A DNA stretch of 44,102 nt from a virus. Below the pieces are notes generated by a model. That model worked only from the letters and a program-made list of their open reading frames with translations. It did not search any database and was not told the origin of the DNA. Below, piece after piece: positions 14,751 through 24,226 of this stretch. The stretch is taken from IMG/VR virus record IMGVR_UViG_3300023096_000003. The stretch is one strand, 5' to 3'. A program made the position numbers and the translations under genes. How positions within the stretch are numbered: position 1 is the first letter of the stretch; each line of letters starts with the position of its first letter.

Positions 14751-15230
14751 TTATTCTACGTGACGCCATGATTTTCGCCGCCTAATGTCAGAGACAGTTG
14801 TGAAGTGGATGCCGTATTCCGCAGCAATATCTACGATGCGCCTGCTATCCTGACGGATGGCCCTAACCATATCGTCCGTTACCAGAGCATTTCCGTTTGC
14901 TTCGCCCGGGCGCGGGTGCGCTGTGTGCCGGGATTTCCCCATCATGTCGGCGGTATTGTCGGCCGGGGTTCCCAAGAATAGGTGATCCGGGTTCCAACAA
15001 TTCCTTTTGTCACAGGTGTGAAGGACGAATATGCCCTTTGGGATTTCACCTTTATGCGCCCGATACGAATATCGGTGAACGCGCTCATTTACTGAGCCAA
15101 TACGGATTTCACCGTACCCGTTATGTGTTTTGGAACCCTGCCAAAGCCAGCACCCGCCATCTTCGATTATTGACTTAGCGTTCAGCCTGTCCAAAGCTGG
15201 GGTAATCATCATTCCTTTTTTGCGGCCCAT
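14751..15230 (-). mobile_element. Free-standing HNH homing endonuclease gene (HNH_3-type with a C-terminal HTH)
   Basis: CWLWQGSKTHNGYGEI...HRYSY...LHTCDKRNCWNPDHLFLGTPADNTAD, then a C-terminal HTH-like segment. Strong AAGGAG SD. An AT-rich 60-nt leader (TGTAATATAATTATCTTTTAAAG) contrasts with the flanking sequence. Sits between the holin and spanin genes. Confidence 0.75.
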
Positions 15231-15310
15231 TTTACAATCTCCTTGTTGCACAAGTGACTGTAATATAATTATCTTTTAAAGTCGTCCTCGCGCTCCGAAT
15301 TTTCGGTGGA

Positions 15311-15592
15311 TTACTGCTTAACCTCTACGCTCGTCGTAGTTGGGGCGCTCTGGTCGATGGCCTGCGTTGCAGCTGCGGCCTTGTCTTTGTTTCGATCGTC
15401 AATCACGCCGCTGAAAAGGTAGCCATTGGCGATGATGCCGATCAGGAGGAAAGCGCCGTTCACGATATCCTGGTTAAGCCGCGTGTCTTCACCCGCAAGG
15501 GTTAGATAGATTATGACCACATAACAGACGCCAAGAGTTGAGAAGACGGCCCAGCGACGCCAGAGCCATGAGCGTTCAACAAAAGCTGGCAT
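15311..15592 (-). CDS. Holin (two TM segments)
   Basis: ATG at 15592 overlaps the endolysin stop. 93 aa with two hydrophobic helices and a polar C-terminus. Confidence 0.6.
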   Translation of the reverse strand: MPAFVERSWLWRRWAVFSTLGVCYVVIIYLTLAGEDTRLNQDIVNGAFLLIGIIANGYLFSGVIDDRNKDKAAAATQAIDQSAPTTTSVEVKQ

Positions 15593-16026
15593 CAGCCGTC
15601 CTCGTAGAGTTTGGATTTTTTGGCCCAGTCGCGCCATGGGGTCAGCTCGAAATGGGGCATGTCCCAAGCGTCCGATGTGGTTTTGTCGCCGTCCATGTTC
15701 CAATCGCCACCCCAGCGCAGCGGGATGCCCTTCTCCTTGGCAATCCTCATGACGATATCGGCCAGCCGCTTGAAGGCCTTCCGATCGTTCCAGTCATAGG
15801 GGAATGGGAATAGATCGAACGCGATTGCCGGCACATAGTTGTGAGCAGACTGGCCGAACTTGGCCTTGCTCTTCCCGGTCTTATAGGCCCGGGTCTGCGC
15901 ATCCCGGCCCCTGGTGCTATCGAGCACGCGGAAATCCATCTCCTTGATGGCCTCGTTGGCAATCGTCTTGAGATGCGGATGGCATTTGGACAAGTTTGTG
16001 AGCGATGCAACGCCGAAGACGGGCAT
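15592..16026 (-). CDS. Endolysin, peptidase M15 (VanY / L-alanyl-D-glutamate peptidase-like)
   Basis: STRGRDAQTRAY...GQSAHNYVPAIAFDL...WDMPHFEL matches the M15 metal-binding pattern (H..D ... D.PH.E). Confidence 0.8.
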   Translation of the reverse strand: MPVFGVASLTNLSKCHPHLKTIANEAIKEMDFRVLDSTRGRDAQTRAYKTGKSKAKFGQSAHNYVPAIAFDLFPFPYDWNDRKAFKRLADIVMRIAKEKGIPLRWGGDWNMDGDKTTSDAWDMPHFELTPWRDWAKKSKLYEDG

Positions 16027-16130
16027 GGTGATGTCCTTTGATTGTCAGGGGTGTTTGGCGCTTGCCTGATAGGTTGCACCGATGATACGAGATCCAACCG
16101 GGGCGACATGACCCCGAGGGTGGGGAAAAG

Positions 16131-17159
16131 ATGAAACACAGCCGGAAGCCGACGAGACAGGACGTAACTTCGTGCTACAATTTGTTGCTAGGCCGTGAGC
16201 CCGAGAGCCAAAAGGCTGTTGATTGGCACGTCAACACCAGCAACACCGTCGCGGACATGATCGCCAAGATTGTCCGAAGCGATGAGTTTGAAAGCCGGTT
16301 CGGGATATTCAGAACTGGGACCTTCATGGCCGCAGACAAATTCGAGGTTGAGGTTGAATCCACCCCAGAGCAGCTTTCGAAGCTATTGGATCGCACCGCC
16401 CTCACTTGGAACGAGTTGGGCGTGGACGAGCCGCACTGGTCGGTGATCACGGACCCCAGCTTCAAGAGCGAAAGCATTGAAGCCAACCAGGACTCATTCT
16501 ACAAAACAGGCGAGGCAGAGATTGGCCGGTTAGGCGCTCTCCTGCAGCGCAATGGCCTATCCTTCAGCAAGGACGCGACTTGCATTGACTTCGGCTGTGG
16601 GGTCGGCCGGCTGTCCCTGCCTCTGTCTGATCGCGTGAATAAGGTGATCGGCGTTGACATATCAAACGGTCATCTCACCGCAGCGAGACATGCGGCCACA
16701 AAGTACGATAAGCCGAATGCCTCGTTCGTAAAGATCGATGCCGTCAGCGATCTAGACAACCTGCCATCGTGCGACTTGCTGGTCACCCTGATTGTCCTTC
16801 AGCACAACCCGCCGCCGGTCATGCTCGCCATTCTGGAAAAGCTCCTTGCGCGTCTGAATCCGGGCGGCGTTGCAGTCTTCCAAGTCCCTGTTTACCGGGA
16901 AAACTACAGCTTCTCGATTGAAGAATATCTAGCGAAAACCCGCAGCCTTGACATGGAAATGCACCCTTTGCCGCCCAGCAAGGTATTCAAGGCAGTCTCA
17001 AAGGCCGGATGCGCCGTTCTTGAGGTCCGCGAAGACCTGCATGCCTATATGAGAGACATCGTTTCTCAGACCTTCCTCGTCCAGAAAGCGGCCGTGGAAA
17101 AACGTCCTTCGATCTGGAGCCCGTCTTATTGGCTTTCGAGCAAGACATATGACGAGTGA
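16131..17159 (+). CDS. DUF4214-like N-terminal domain fused to a class I SAM-dependent methyltransferase
   Basis: CYNLLLGREPESQKAVDWHV...IVRSDEF (DUF4214-like), then IDFGCGVGRLSLPLS...VIGVDIS (SAM motif I) and LNPGGVAVFQVP. Oriented opposite to both flanking operons. The 3' end overlaps the tailspike stop region by 34 nt. Confidence 0.75.
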   Translation: MKHSRKPTRQDVTSCYNLLLGREPESQKAVDWHVNTSNTVADMIAKIVRSDEFESRFGIFRTGTFMAADKFEVEVESTPEQLSKLLDRTALTWNELGVDEPHWSVITDPSFKSESIEANQDSFYKTGEAEIGRLGALLQRNGLSFSKDATCIDFGCGVGRLSLPLSDRVNKVIGVDISNGHLTAARHAATKYDKPNASFVKIDAVSDLDNLPSCDLLVTLIVLQHNPPPVMLAILEKLLARLNPGGVAVFQVPVYRENYSFSIEEYLAKTRSLDMEMHPLPPSKVFKAVSKAGCAVLEVREDLHAYMRDIVSQTFLVQKAAVEKRPSIWSPSYWLSSKTYDE

Positions 17160-19318
17160 ATGGCGACGGCAGCTCCGCTCGATGTCGTGACCTTTATCGA
17201 GATCGTGTCTGTGGCGCCGAAAGCGATGCCAGATGCAGTGGCCGCTTTTACCGAGAAGGACGCAGCGCCGGAAATCGTGCCCGTCAATGCGGTATCGACG
17301 TTGTTAATCCGCAAGACATATGTGAACGTCTGGCTTGCACCAGGTGCTGCACTCACCCGAACATAGAACTCCGTAACGCGTGACGGGCGAGCAACGACCG
17401 AATATGCTTCGGCCTGCGTTGGTGTCGCCTTGCCAGCCCCGAGATAGTAGACGGAATTGGTGGGAACTGACCCGCTAGCCTGATAGGTGTCATGGCGAGT
17501 GGGATTGCCCATGTCCGAGGACGAGCCCTGCGCAAAATGGTTGACTACCATATTTGACGAGCGGTTATTCCATGCGCGGTTGAAGTTGGCGGTGGCATCC
17601 TCAACGACGAGCGAAGTGGCATAGCTTGAACTGTCTTGAATGCCGATGTTATCGTAAATATCGTTTTGCTGTGCGGAGTTGGTGAGAGCAATCGCATTCG
17701 GGAAAGTCGCAGATCCGACATTCTGAAGCGTGTTGTTGTGCACTTTGGAGCGCGTAACACCGGAAAGCAGGATAGCCGATTCATTGACCTTGCTGATGAT
17801 GTTGCCACTGATCTCGCAGAAATCACCCGTCGCAATCTGAATCGTCTTCTGGCTGGACGAAATAGCCATATCTCTATCAGAGAAAATATTATCCGGGATA
17901 ATGAGGCCAGAGACCTCTGAAGCATCAACGAGAGAGCCGGCAGTTGACGCTCCCCAAGGGGAGTAAGTGTTCGCCCGGATAATCGAATTTCTGATATTCT
18001 TGGTGCCGGTCTTGCCGCGCAGGTAAACCATAGCGCCGCCGCCTGCTTGACGGTTGCACTCGATGGTGATGTCACGGTTTAGAATGCCCACTCCAGCGGC
18101 TGTGGCGTTGATGTTGACCAGGTTTGCAGACGTATTTGCAACATCCTCCACCGTGAAGGTGTTTTCGTAGATGCCGAGGGAACCTGTGCCGGGGCCGATG
18201 AGGAACCCGACGCCCGTGCAGTATAGGTCGTTGAAGGTGTAGCTGGCATCAGTCCCCGGATACGTGGTTGCATCCGAAATATCGAGGAAGTGAAACCCGC
18301 GAGCCTGGCAGTTGCGGATTTCAGCGGCTCCATAGCCGATCTGCTTGATGCATGTTCCGCCCTTGTTGGGGCTGTCAAACCGGGTCTTTGTAATCGACCA
18401 CCAGCCGGCAAACTCAGTGCGCAGGCTTTCGAGCGCAAGGGAGTTTCGGTTGAAAAAGCCACCTTCCATGCGGACGAAGAAAGGCGCTTGTGCCGTTACC
18501 AGCGTTCCGTAGATGAAGCGCCACTGGTATTGCATAACCGCCGTTGCACGGAACTCCGAGGCCCCGAGCATGAAATGGATGGGTTTGTGACGAGGTTCGA
18601 AAAGGAGGCCTGAAGGTGGGGTATATGCGCCGCCTGACCCATCGGCCACTTGAGGCACCCAATCGATCGGCAAATTATGGAGATAGACTTTATAGCCGGG
18701 GGTGGCCCCAATGCCACCGTATGTGCAGAGGTAGTTGGCCCACAATTGCAAAGCCGCTGTATCGTTGGCTACACCATTACCAATCGCACCGAAGTCTTCC
18801 GGGTATGCGATGCCGAGCGCTTTACGTGCGTTCACGCCAAGGTCGAGCGTCACCCGCTGGGCGGCGGCATCGGCATCATCCAGTAGCGCTTTACCGGCCG
18901 CTGTCAGGTCGAAGGTTCCGGCCGTACCTGCACCCGTGAACTGAATGCCCTTATTGGCGGCACTGGTTAGCGCAGCAATGGCTGTAAGGTCCGCATCATA
19001 GGCTTGGACGTTGGTTCCGATGGCCAAGCCAAGATTTGTGCGGGCTGTGCCAACATTGGCGACATCCGAAAGATTGAGAGATGACCTGAGAAACCCGATC
19101 GGCGCATATGCATCAAACGCCTGTTTCGTCGTCAATGGCGTCATACGCTTGGAAGGGTTGGTCCCAGCCTCCGCTTCTGCCTGAGAGGCGACGGGCGCCC
19201 CGGCATCCACCAGCTTTTGAATGGTGGTTTGCCGGGTGGTTGCGCCATCAATGGCCACAACTTCGCTAGCTACCGGGGAGTTTTCCACCGGCAGGGCATT
19301 AATCCGAATTTCAGCCAT
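17126..19318 (-). CDS. Tailspike with a right-handed beta-helix (pectate-lyase-like depolymerase)
   Basis: 730 aa. YPEDFGAIGNGVANDTAALQLW cap motif and repeated short N/I/V-rich coil motifs (IRNSIIRAN, VHNNTLQN, IYDNIGIQ). Confidence 0.75.
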   Translation of the reverse strand: MAEIRINALPVENSPVASEVVAIDGATTRQTTIQKLVDAGAPVASQAEAEAGTNPSKRMTPLTTKQAFDAYAPIGFLRSSLNLSDVANVGTARTNLGLAIGTNVQAYDADLTAIAALTSAANKGIQFTGAGTAGTFDLTAAGKALLDDADAAAQRVTLDLGVNARKALGIAYPEDFGAIGNGVANDTAALQLWANYLCTYGGIGATPGYKVYLHNLPIDWVPQVADGSGGAYTPPSGLLFEPRHKPIHFMLGASEFRATAVMQYQWRFIYGTLVTAQAPFFVRMEGGFFNRNSLALESLRTEFAGWWSITKTRFDSPNKGGTCIKQIGYGAAEIRNCQARGFHFLDISDATTYPGTDASYTFNDLYCTGVGFLIGPGTGSLGIYENTFTVEDVANTSANLVNINATAAGVGILNRDITIECNRQAGGGAMVYLRGKTGTKNIRNSIIRANTYSPWGASTAGSLVDASEVSGLIIPDNIFSDRDMAISSSQKTIQIATGDFCEISGNIISKVNESAILLSGVTRSKVHNNTLQNVGSATFPNAIALTNSAQQNDIYDNIGIQDSSSYATSLVVEDATANFNRAWNNRSSNMVVNHFAQGSSSDMGNPTRHDTYQASGSVPTNSVYYLGAGKATPTQAEAYSVVARPSRVTEFYVRVSAAPGASQTFTYVLRINNVDTALTGTISGAASFSVKAATASGIAFGATDTISIKVTTSSGAAVAIHSSYVLLESQ

Positions 19319-19326
19319 GATTGCTC

Positions 19327-20205
19327 CTAGAGCTTGATGCAGCGAAGAGTTGTGGTGGAGCGAGGGCGGGTTTCCGTCGCTGTGCGAACGACCAGGGAGG
19401 CGTTGAAGCCCGTCTTGCGCCTTGTCACCGAGGTAGCCACATCGACCGCCAAGTCAGCGCCGCCGAGGCCATCGTCAAAGAATGCGCCGGTCCAATCCGC
19501 GATATCCTCGGGACTGGCCACAGCAGTTCGCCGGGAGGAGAATCCGCCCGTGATGTTCTGGATTGCGTCAAGCTGGGACTTGCCAACGGTCAGCGTTGCA
19601 TCGACCCCACGGCCATCATCGGCGCCGCGCTCGAACTCACCACGGCTATCAAACAGCGGCATGCGCTTGTTTGTCGCAAAGTCAGCAGCCGCAGAAGCGC
19701 CACGGGTTGTAGCTACGCCGCCGTTTGTCTGGATTGGCAGGGTGGTGTTATCGAACTGACCCCAGAGGAGTTCGAACAACGGCTGAGTGTCGGCATTGGC
19801 CCGCGTGGTTGCGCCGGACGTTGGGTTGCCGATCGTGCCGCCGTTTTCCTTGATCCAGCCTGCCGGGGCTGTGGTTCGCCGGAAGCCTTGGACAGCGCCA
19901 GTTGGGACCGCAACAGCCGTTACCGATGCCGCGACCGCCGTAATCTGGGCAATGACGGCAGTCATCTGCGCGAAATTGGTGTAATCCCCATCGGCGGAGC
20001 CAGCGGCTGCATTGGTTATTTTAAAGCCAGCGGCTGAAATATTGCCAGACAGCGGCGCCGCACCGGATCGATAGAGTGCTTGGCTCAGCATTGATTGGAT
20101 ATCGTCAAACGGAACGTTCACTTGTGCGGCTAGCACCTTTTGGCCGGTGACAGCCCTATCCCGCGTGACGGTTGCGTTGCCGTTTGTGTCGATTGGCATC
20201 GGCAT
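19327..20205 (-). CDS. Tail fibre protein with a phage tail-collar-like domain
   Basis: PTGAVQGFRRTTAPAGWIKENGGTI...TQPLFELLW...KRMPLFDSRGEFERG is typical of the collar domain. Confidence 0.65.
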   Translation of the reverse strand: MPMPIDTNGNATVTRDRAVTGQKVLAAQVNVPFDDIQSMLSQALYRSGAAPLSGNISAAGFKITNAAAGSADGDYTNFAQMTAVIAQITAVAASVTAVAVPTGAVQGFRRTTAPAGWIKENGGTIGNPTSGATTRANADTQPLFELLWGQFDNTTLPIQTNGGVATTRGASAAADFATNKRMPLFDSRGEFERGADDGRGVDATLTVGKSQLDAIQNITGGFSSRRTAVASPEDIADWTGAFFDDGLGGADLAVDVATSVTRRKTGFNASLVVRTATETRPRSTTTLRCIKL

Positions 20206-20281
20206 TTCTCCATGCGCAAGCGCCCCGGATTGCAGGGCATTTGAGGATCGGTTATGGTGGGTTTTTCAAATCGGGGTTTTG

Positions 20282-20572
20282 ATGGGCTGGAAGTTATTCC
20301 AAGCGGCCATATTTGGGTCGATTATCGTTCTGGCAATAGAGTACAAATGGGAGGCTGACGGCCTCGCCATAGGCGTCCTAGCCGGAATGACATCATGGTA
20401 TGCTACCGGTCTGGCAAGCGGCCTTGGTTCGCTTGTGCGGCGGCTTGCTGGCCGATCAGAGCCTCTACTACCGCAGCCAACCGTGGGTCACTTAGACGGG
20501 TGGGCGCGAGAAGTTGGTTTGATAGATAAGCCTGTACTGGACGGCTCATCAGCCCACGACCTGCGACAGTAG
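20282..20572 (+). CDS. Questionable reverse-oriented membrane ORF
   Basis: ATG at 20282 lies in a 197-nt gap. It encodes two hydrophobic segments, but the SD is weak and the last 170 nt are antisense to the 571-aa gene. Confidence 0.2.
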   Translation: MGWKLFQAAIFGSIIVLAIEYKWEADGLAIGVLAGMTSWYATGLASGLGSLVRRLAGRSEPLLPQPTVGHLDGWAREVGLIDKPVLDGSSAHDLRQ

Positions 20573-22118
20573 GAACTGCCATACCGGTCAGAGCCCCGAT
20601 TATGGCGCCGGCCGGACCTCCAGCAATAGCCCCGGTTCCCGCGCCACCGGCGCCAAGAAGGCCACCAATAGTCCGCGCATTGAGCCTGGTTGATGTTCCG
20701 CTGTCAGGGAGAGGCTTAAGAAGTGACTCACCGGCTCTAGCTAGCTCATCAAAATCACCTTCAGCGCGAGCGTATTGGCCAGCTCTCCCAGAAACTGCAG
20801 CTTGTCGCAGTTTAGCAGGCGATATGCTTCCAAGGGCCGCGTTCTCACCCGCCCCTGTTGCGGCTTTCTCAAGAACCTTCATGTTCCCATATTCGCGGCG
20901 CAGTCGTGCCCACTCTGTGGCGTCTTCAGGAGTGACGGAACGCGTCATCCCATCGTCAAGAGTGTTGCGTAGCCCGCGAATGGCATCGGCAAACTCAGTG
21001 TCTGAGTTTCGAGCCCTGTGTGCCGTTTTGGTGAGGCGCGATCGGATAGTCTGATAATCTGCGCCCGACATATTGCCGCCGCCAGTGTTGAACCTCTCAA
21101 TAATATCATCAGCGAGATTGCGAACAATTTCCCGCTGATCCGTCGGAAGGACGCGTTCATATCGGTTTAGGGTTTGCCCTATACCTTGCCCAATCTGCGG
21201 GTCAGACCGGAGAGTGTTTCTTGCGGCTACGTCACGAAACCCCGTGGATAGACGATCATTGATCGCGGTCATGTTTTCGGGCGTGGCCAACCCTTGACCA
21301 CCCGCCCGACGCATTGCCGCATCGGTAAACGCCGCTGCTTGATTATCGAGGAGGTTCGCCGTAGCGCCACCGCCCAATTCGCTTTCCATAGCCTTCAGGT
21401 TACGACCACCGGTCAATTGTCCTGCAGTCGGGCGGACGCCTTCGGCTCTGAGGACATCAGCAGCGGCAGCACGTTCTGGGGAAATACGTAGAGGCGTGAT
21501 AGCCCGACCTGCTGCAGAAACCGCCATCGGCGCAAGAAGGGCGGCGGCTACACGAGCGTATGGCTCAACTGCCGACCCTTCCGTTAATTGTCCAGCGCCT
21601 TCGCTAGCAAGGCCAGGTGCGGCGCCAAACTTGAGAAGGTTCCCCGGAGACAAGCCACCAAAAGCAGCGGCACCTGGAAGAAACTCACCAACAGTTCCAG
21701 CATACTCCCCTGCCGTTGTCTGAGGCTCGTATTCGGAAGCTCCGCCGCTTATGGTGGAGACGCCTTCCCTTGCCTTTGTCCCGCTGAACGGGCTGTAAGC
21801 GCCAACCTTCTCCATTATTGCTGGATCCGGGCCACCAAAGAATGTGCCCACTTCCGGTTCCTCACCGGTCGCGGTCTCATATGCCTTGCGTGTTAGCCAC
21901 GTCCCGCCAGCCTTCATGAGATCGGAAAGCGTTCCGGGCAGGCCAACGAGATCGGCCGTTCCACGTGCTATTCCAGACGCACCTGATGCGGCAACATCAC
22001 CAAGAGTAGACATCATGCCTCCTGATGAGGCGTCTCCACTCTCTGGTGAACCTCCAGCTTCCTGACGGCGCCTGCGAGCACGGGCAAGAGCCAAGGCCTT
22101 CTGCTGCTCTGGTGTCAT
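20403..22118 (-). CDS. Large Gly/Ala-rich virion protein (putative internal/ejection protein)
   Basis: 571 aa, ATGA-coupled. Assigned by its position among the post-nozzle genes. Confidence 0.4.
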   Translation of the reverse strand: MTPEQQKALALARARRRRQEAGGSPESGDASSGGMMSTLGDVAASGASGIARGTADLVGLPGTLSDLMKAGGTWLTRKAYETATGEEPEVGTFFGGPDPAIMEKVGAYSPFSGTKAREGVSTISGGASEYEPQTTAGEYAGTVGEFLPGAAAFGGLSPGNLLKFGAAPGLASEGAGQLTEGSAVEPYARVAAALLAPMAVSAAGRAITPLRISPERAAAADVLRAEGVRPTAGQLTGGRNLKAMESELGGGATANLLDNQAAAFTDAAMRRAGGQGLATPENMTAINDRLSTGFRDVAARNTLRSDPQIGQGIGQTLNRYERVLPTDQREIVRNLADDIIERFNTGGGNMSGADYQTIRSRLTKTAHRARNSDTEFADAIRGLRNTLDDGMTRSVTPEDATEWARLRREYGNMKVLEKAATGAGENAALGSISPAKLRQAAVSGRAGQYARAEGDFDELARAGESLLKPLPDSGTSTRLNARTIGGLLGAGGAGTGAIAGGPAGAIIGALTGMAVPTVAGRGLMSRPVQAYLSNQLLAPTRLSDPRLAAVVEALIGQQAAAQANQGRLPDR

Positions 22119-24226
22119 TGAAACAGCTTCCTATCTTCTGGCGTCATGAATTCCCAATCAGCGGCATCAACGCCAGCGGGAACCTTTGAACCATCTGCGG
22201 GGATAAGTTCTTGAGCTTTATCTGTCCCGGTTTCCTTGATCGTCTTAACCAGATTATCGACAGCGCTCTGAGGAAGGCCATTTTTTAGTGCCTCTGCCGC
22301 TACCTGACGGCGAACCCTCTTTGCCTCTACACGGGCCTTCCCGTCTCCTGGCTGGGGAAGCAGGAGTTCGCCATAGCTCTTTTCTTCGTATGGAGTGAGA
22401 GCCGCGCCAGAGTCTTTGCGAAGATAAGCCTTGACGAAGTCGTTGCCCGCGTCTTTGGCTATCTGATATTCATCGCTCTGAAGGTAGTTACCCAAATTCA
22501 TTGGGATGGCACTCGACGCAGCTCCACCAAGGCTAAGAAGCGCACCCTCGTATTTATCGAGAGTGGGTGTTGCGGCAGTCATTCGTGTTGCGAAGAACGA
22601 GTCCTTGCCTTGAGCTTCCGTCAGAGACTTACCCCCGCCGCCTTGCGAAAAATTGACCTCGCCATTAGGTCCAACGGACAGAGAAGTCCCACCGCTACCG
22701 CCACTGAGCATGAACTGGTTATATTCTGGCGTTCCGGCCTTAAGCCCCGCACGATCCGCACGAATTTCCAGAGCCCTTACTGAGTCGGGGGTTTTTTCCT
22801 GAGCCAAATTCGGAGACTGGAGCCAGCTTTCGGTGTTGGGGTCATAGACATTCCCATTACCAGCATTGATAAGCGGCTGACGCTTGGGCTGACGAGCCTG
22901 ATCAAGTTCGATCTGACCCAACTCAAGCTGCTGGCGACGAAGGGGATCTGCGTCTTTCTGCTGCGCCTCGTATCTCTGGCGCTCCATCCACTGCTGCTGC
23001 TGGGCTACCTGCTCCTGCTGGCCCTGCTGCTGCTGCAGGAGAGCCTGGGCAATGGCGCGGGTCTGCGGCGTGGCCTGCGGGTCGGATAGGGCCTCTATGA
23101 TGGCCGGGTTGATAGATGGCTGAGCCGATGGTTGGGCCTGTGCCATCTCTTGCAACATTGGAGCCTGCTGGGGAGTGTTGACCGTCTGCTGCTGGCCGAT
23201 CGAGGATATAGCGGCGGGCTGCTGTGCTGCCATTGCCGGTTCTTGCCTACCGGGAAACGCGGCCATGGCTTCGGGAGTGCCACGAAATGCAGCAACCTCG
23301 CCAGAAAGACCCTGATCAGCAACCGGCATAGGTGCTTGCTGCTCGATCGCATCCGTTGCGGTCTGCGGCTGGGCCGATGCCATCTCAACAGGAGGCTGGC
23401 CACCGATCGCGCTCAAAACCATGCTTTCCGGGTATAGGGCGCCGGACTTGCCATGCTCCTGAATAATGAGACCACGCACGAACTTTGCAGCCATAGCGGG
23501 GTCATTCAAGTTGATATCGTCGTCAGGAGAAAGGCCCATTGACGCGGCAACATTCGCAGCAGCCTTGGTGTTTCCTGGCGTCCATCCCATATTGCCCGCA
23601 ATAAGCTGATTGGCGGTCTTCTTGCCTCCATCATACTTGCGTTTGGCAAGTTGGAACATGGCATTCATACCCGCTTCAGGAGTAGCAAATACCGCCTGCG
23701 GGTCGCCTTGGTCAGTATTGACAGATGGGCCGACAATGCCGGGAACTTTTTGTCCAACAAACTTGATGTTGCCGGGGTTGTTATTCCTCATCCCGGCCGG
23801 GAGTTTTGCCCGCAGTGCAGGGTCGGACAGATATCCGCCAAGTTCCGTGCCATCATTGGCGAAAGAAGGGGAAACCGCCGCCCCGGCCGGTGATGTTGCG
23901 GCAATCTCTGCGGATGCGCTCGAGGCCGGAATAACGGACGATACCGCTGCGGTACCGGACGCGGTAGGAGTGCCCCCAGAAAGCGCATTAGCAATGAGTT
24001 CCTTGTTGCGGCTTGCAATGTCTGCGTCGGCATTGTCTGCCCTGCGGTAGTCGATACCGGCAAGCAGACCCTGAGCAACGCGATTGAGGCCCTGAGACCA
24101 ATGGGCAACAGGGGAATAATCCATGGCTCCCTTGGCAAGGAGGTCAGCCGCAGCCCTTTCCTTCTCGACCTGAGCAGGAGTAAGCTTTTCGCCAGCGCGG
24201 CCCCAGAGGAATGCTTGATTGGCCAT
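22115..24226 (-). CDS. Large virion protein with an RNNNPGNI-motif domain and a Q/A/P-rich linker (putative ejection or cell-wall-active protein)
   Basis: 703 aa. LPAGMRNNNPGNIKFVGQ...GWTPGNT..., then a long Gln-rich low-complexity segment. Confidence 0.4.
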   Translation of the reverse strand: MANQAFLWGRAGEKLTPAQVEKERAAADLLAKGAMDYSPVAHWSQGLNRVAQGLLAGIDYRRADNADADIASRNKELIANALSGGTPTASGTAAVSSVIPASSASAEIAATSPAGAAVSPSFANDGTELGGYLSDPALRAKLPAGMRNNNPGNIKFVGQKVPGIVGPSVNTDQGDPQAVFATPEAGMNAMFQLAKRKYDGGKKTANQLIAGNMGWTPGNTKAAANVAASMGLSPDDDINLNDPAMAAKFVRGLIIQEHGKSGALYPESMVLSAIGGQPPVEMASAQPQTATDAIEQQAPMPVADQGLSGEVAAFRGTPEAMAAFPGRQEPAMAAQQPAAISSIGQQQTVNTPQQAPMLQEMAQAQPSAQPSINPAIIEALSDPQATPQTRAIAQALLQQQQGQQEQVAQQQQWMERQRYEAQQKDADPLRRQQLELGQIELDQARQPKRQPLINAGNGNVYDPNTESWLQSPNLAQEKTPDSVRALEIRADRAGLKAGTPEYNQFMLSGGSGGTSLSVGPNGEVNFSQGGGGKSLTEAQGKDSFFATRMTAATPTLDKYEGALLSLGGAASSAIPMNLGNYLQSDEYQIAKDAGNDFVKAYLRKDSGAALTPYEEKSYGELLLPQPGDGKARVEAKRVRRQVAAEALKNGLPQSAVDNLVKTIKETGTDKAQELIPADGSKVPAGVDAADWEFMTPEDRKLFQ

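Noticed and set aside
19321-24050. Several plus-strand ORFs of 100-240 aa within the tail/ejection gene block (for example 19321..20037, 20602..21054, 23610..24050)
   Set aside because: All are antisense to long, contiguous, coupled minus-strand genes and are Ala/Arg/Pro/Ser-rich shadow frames.
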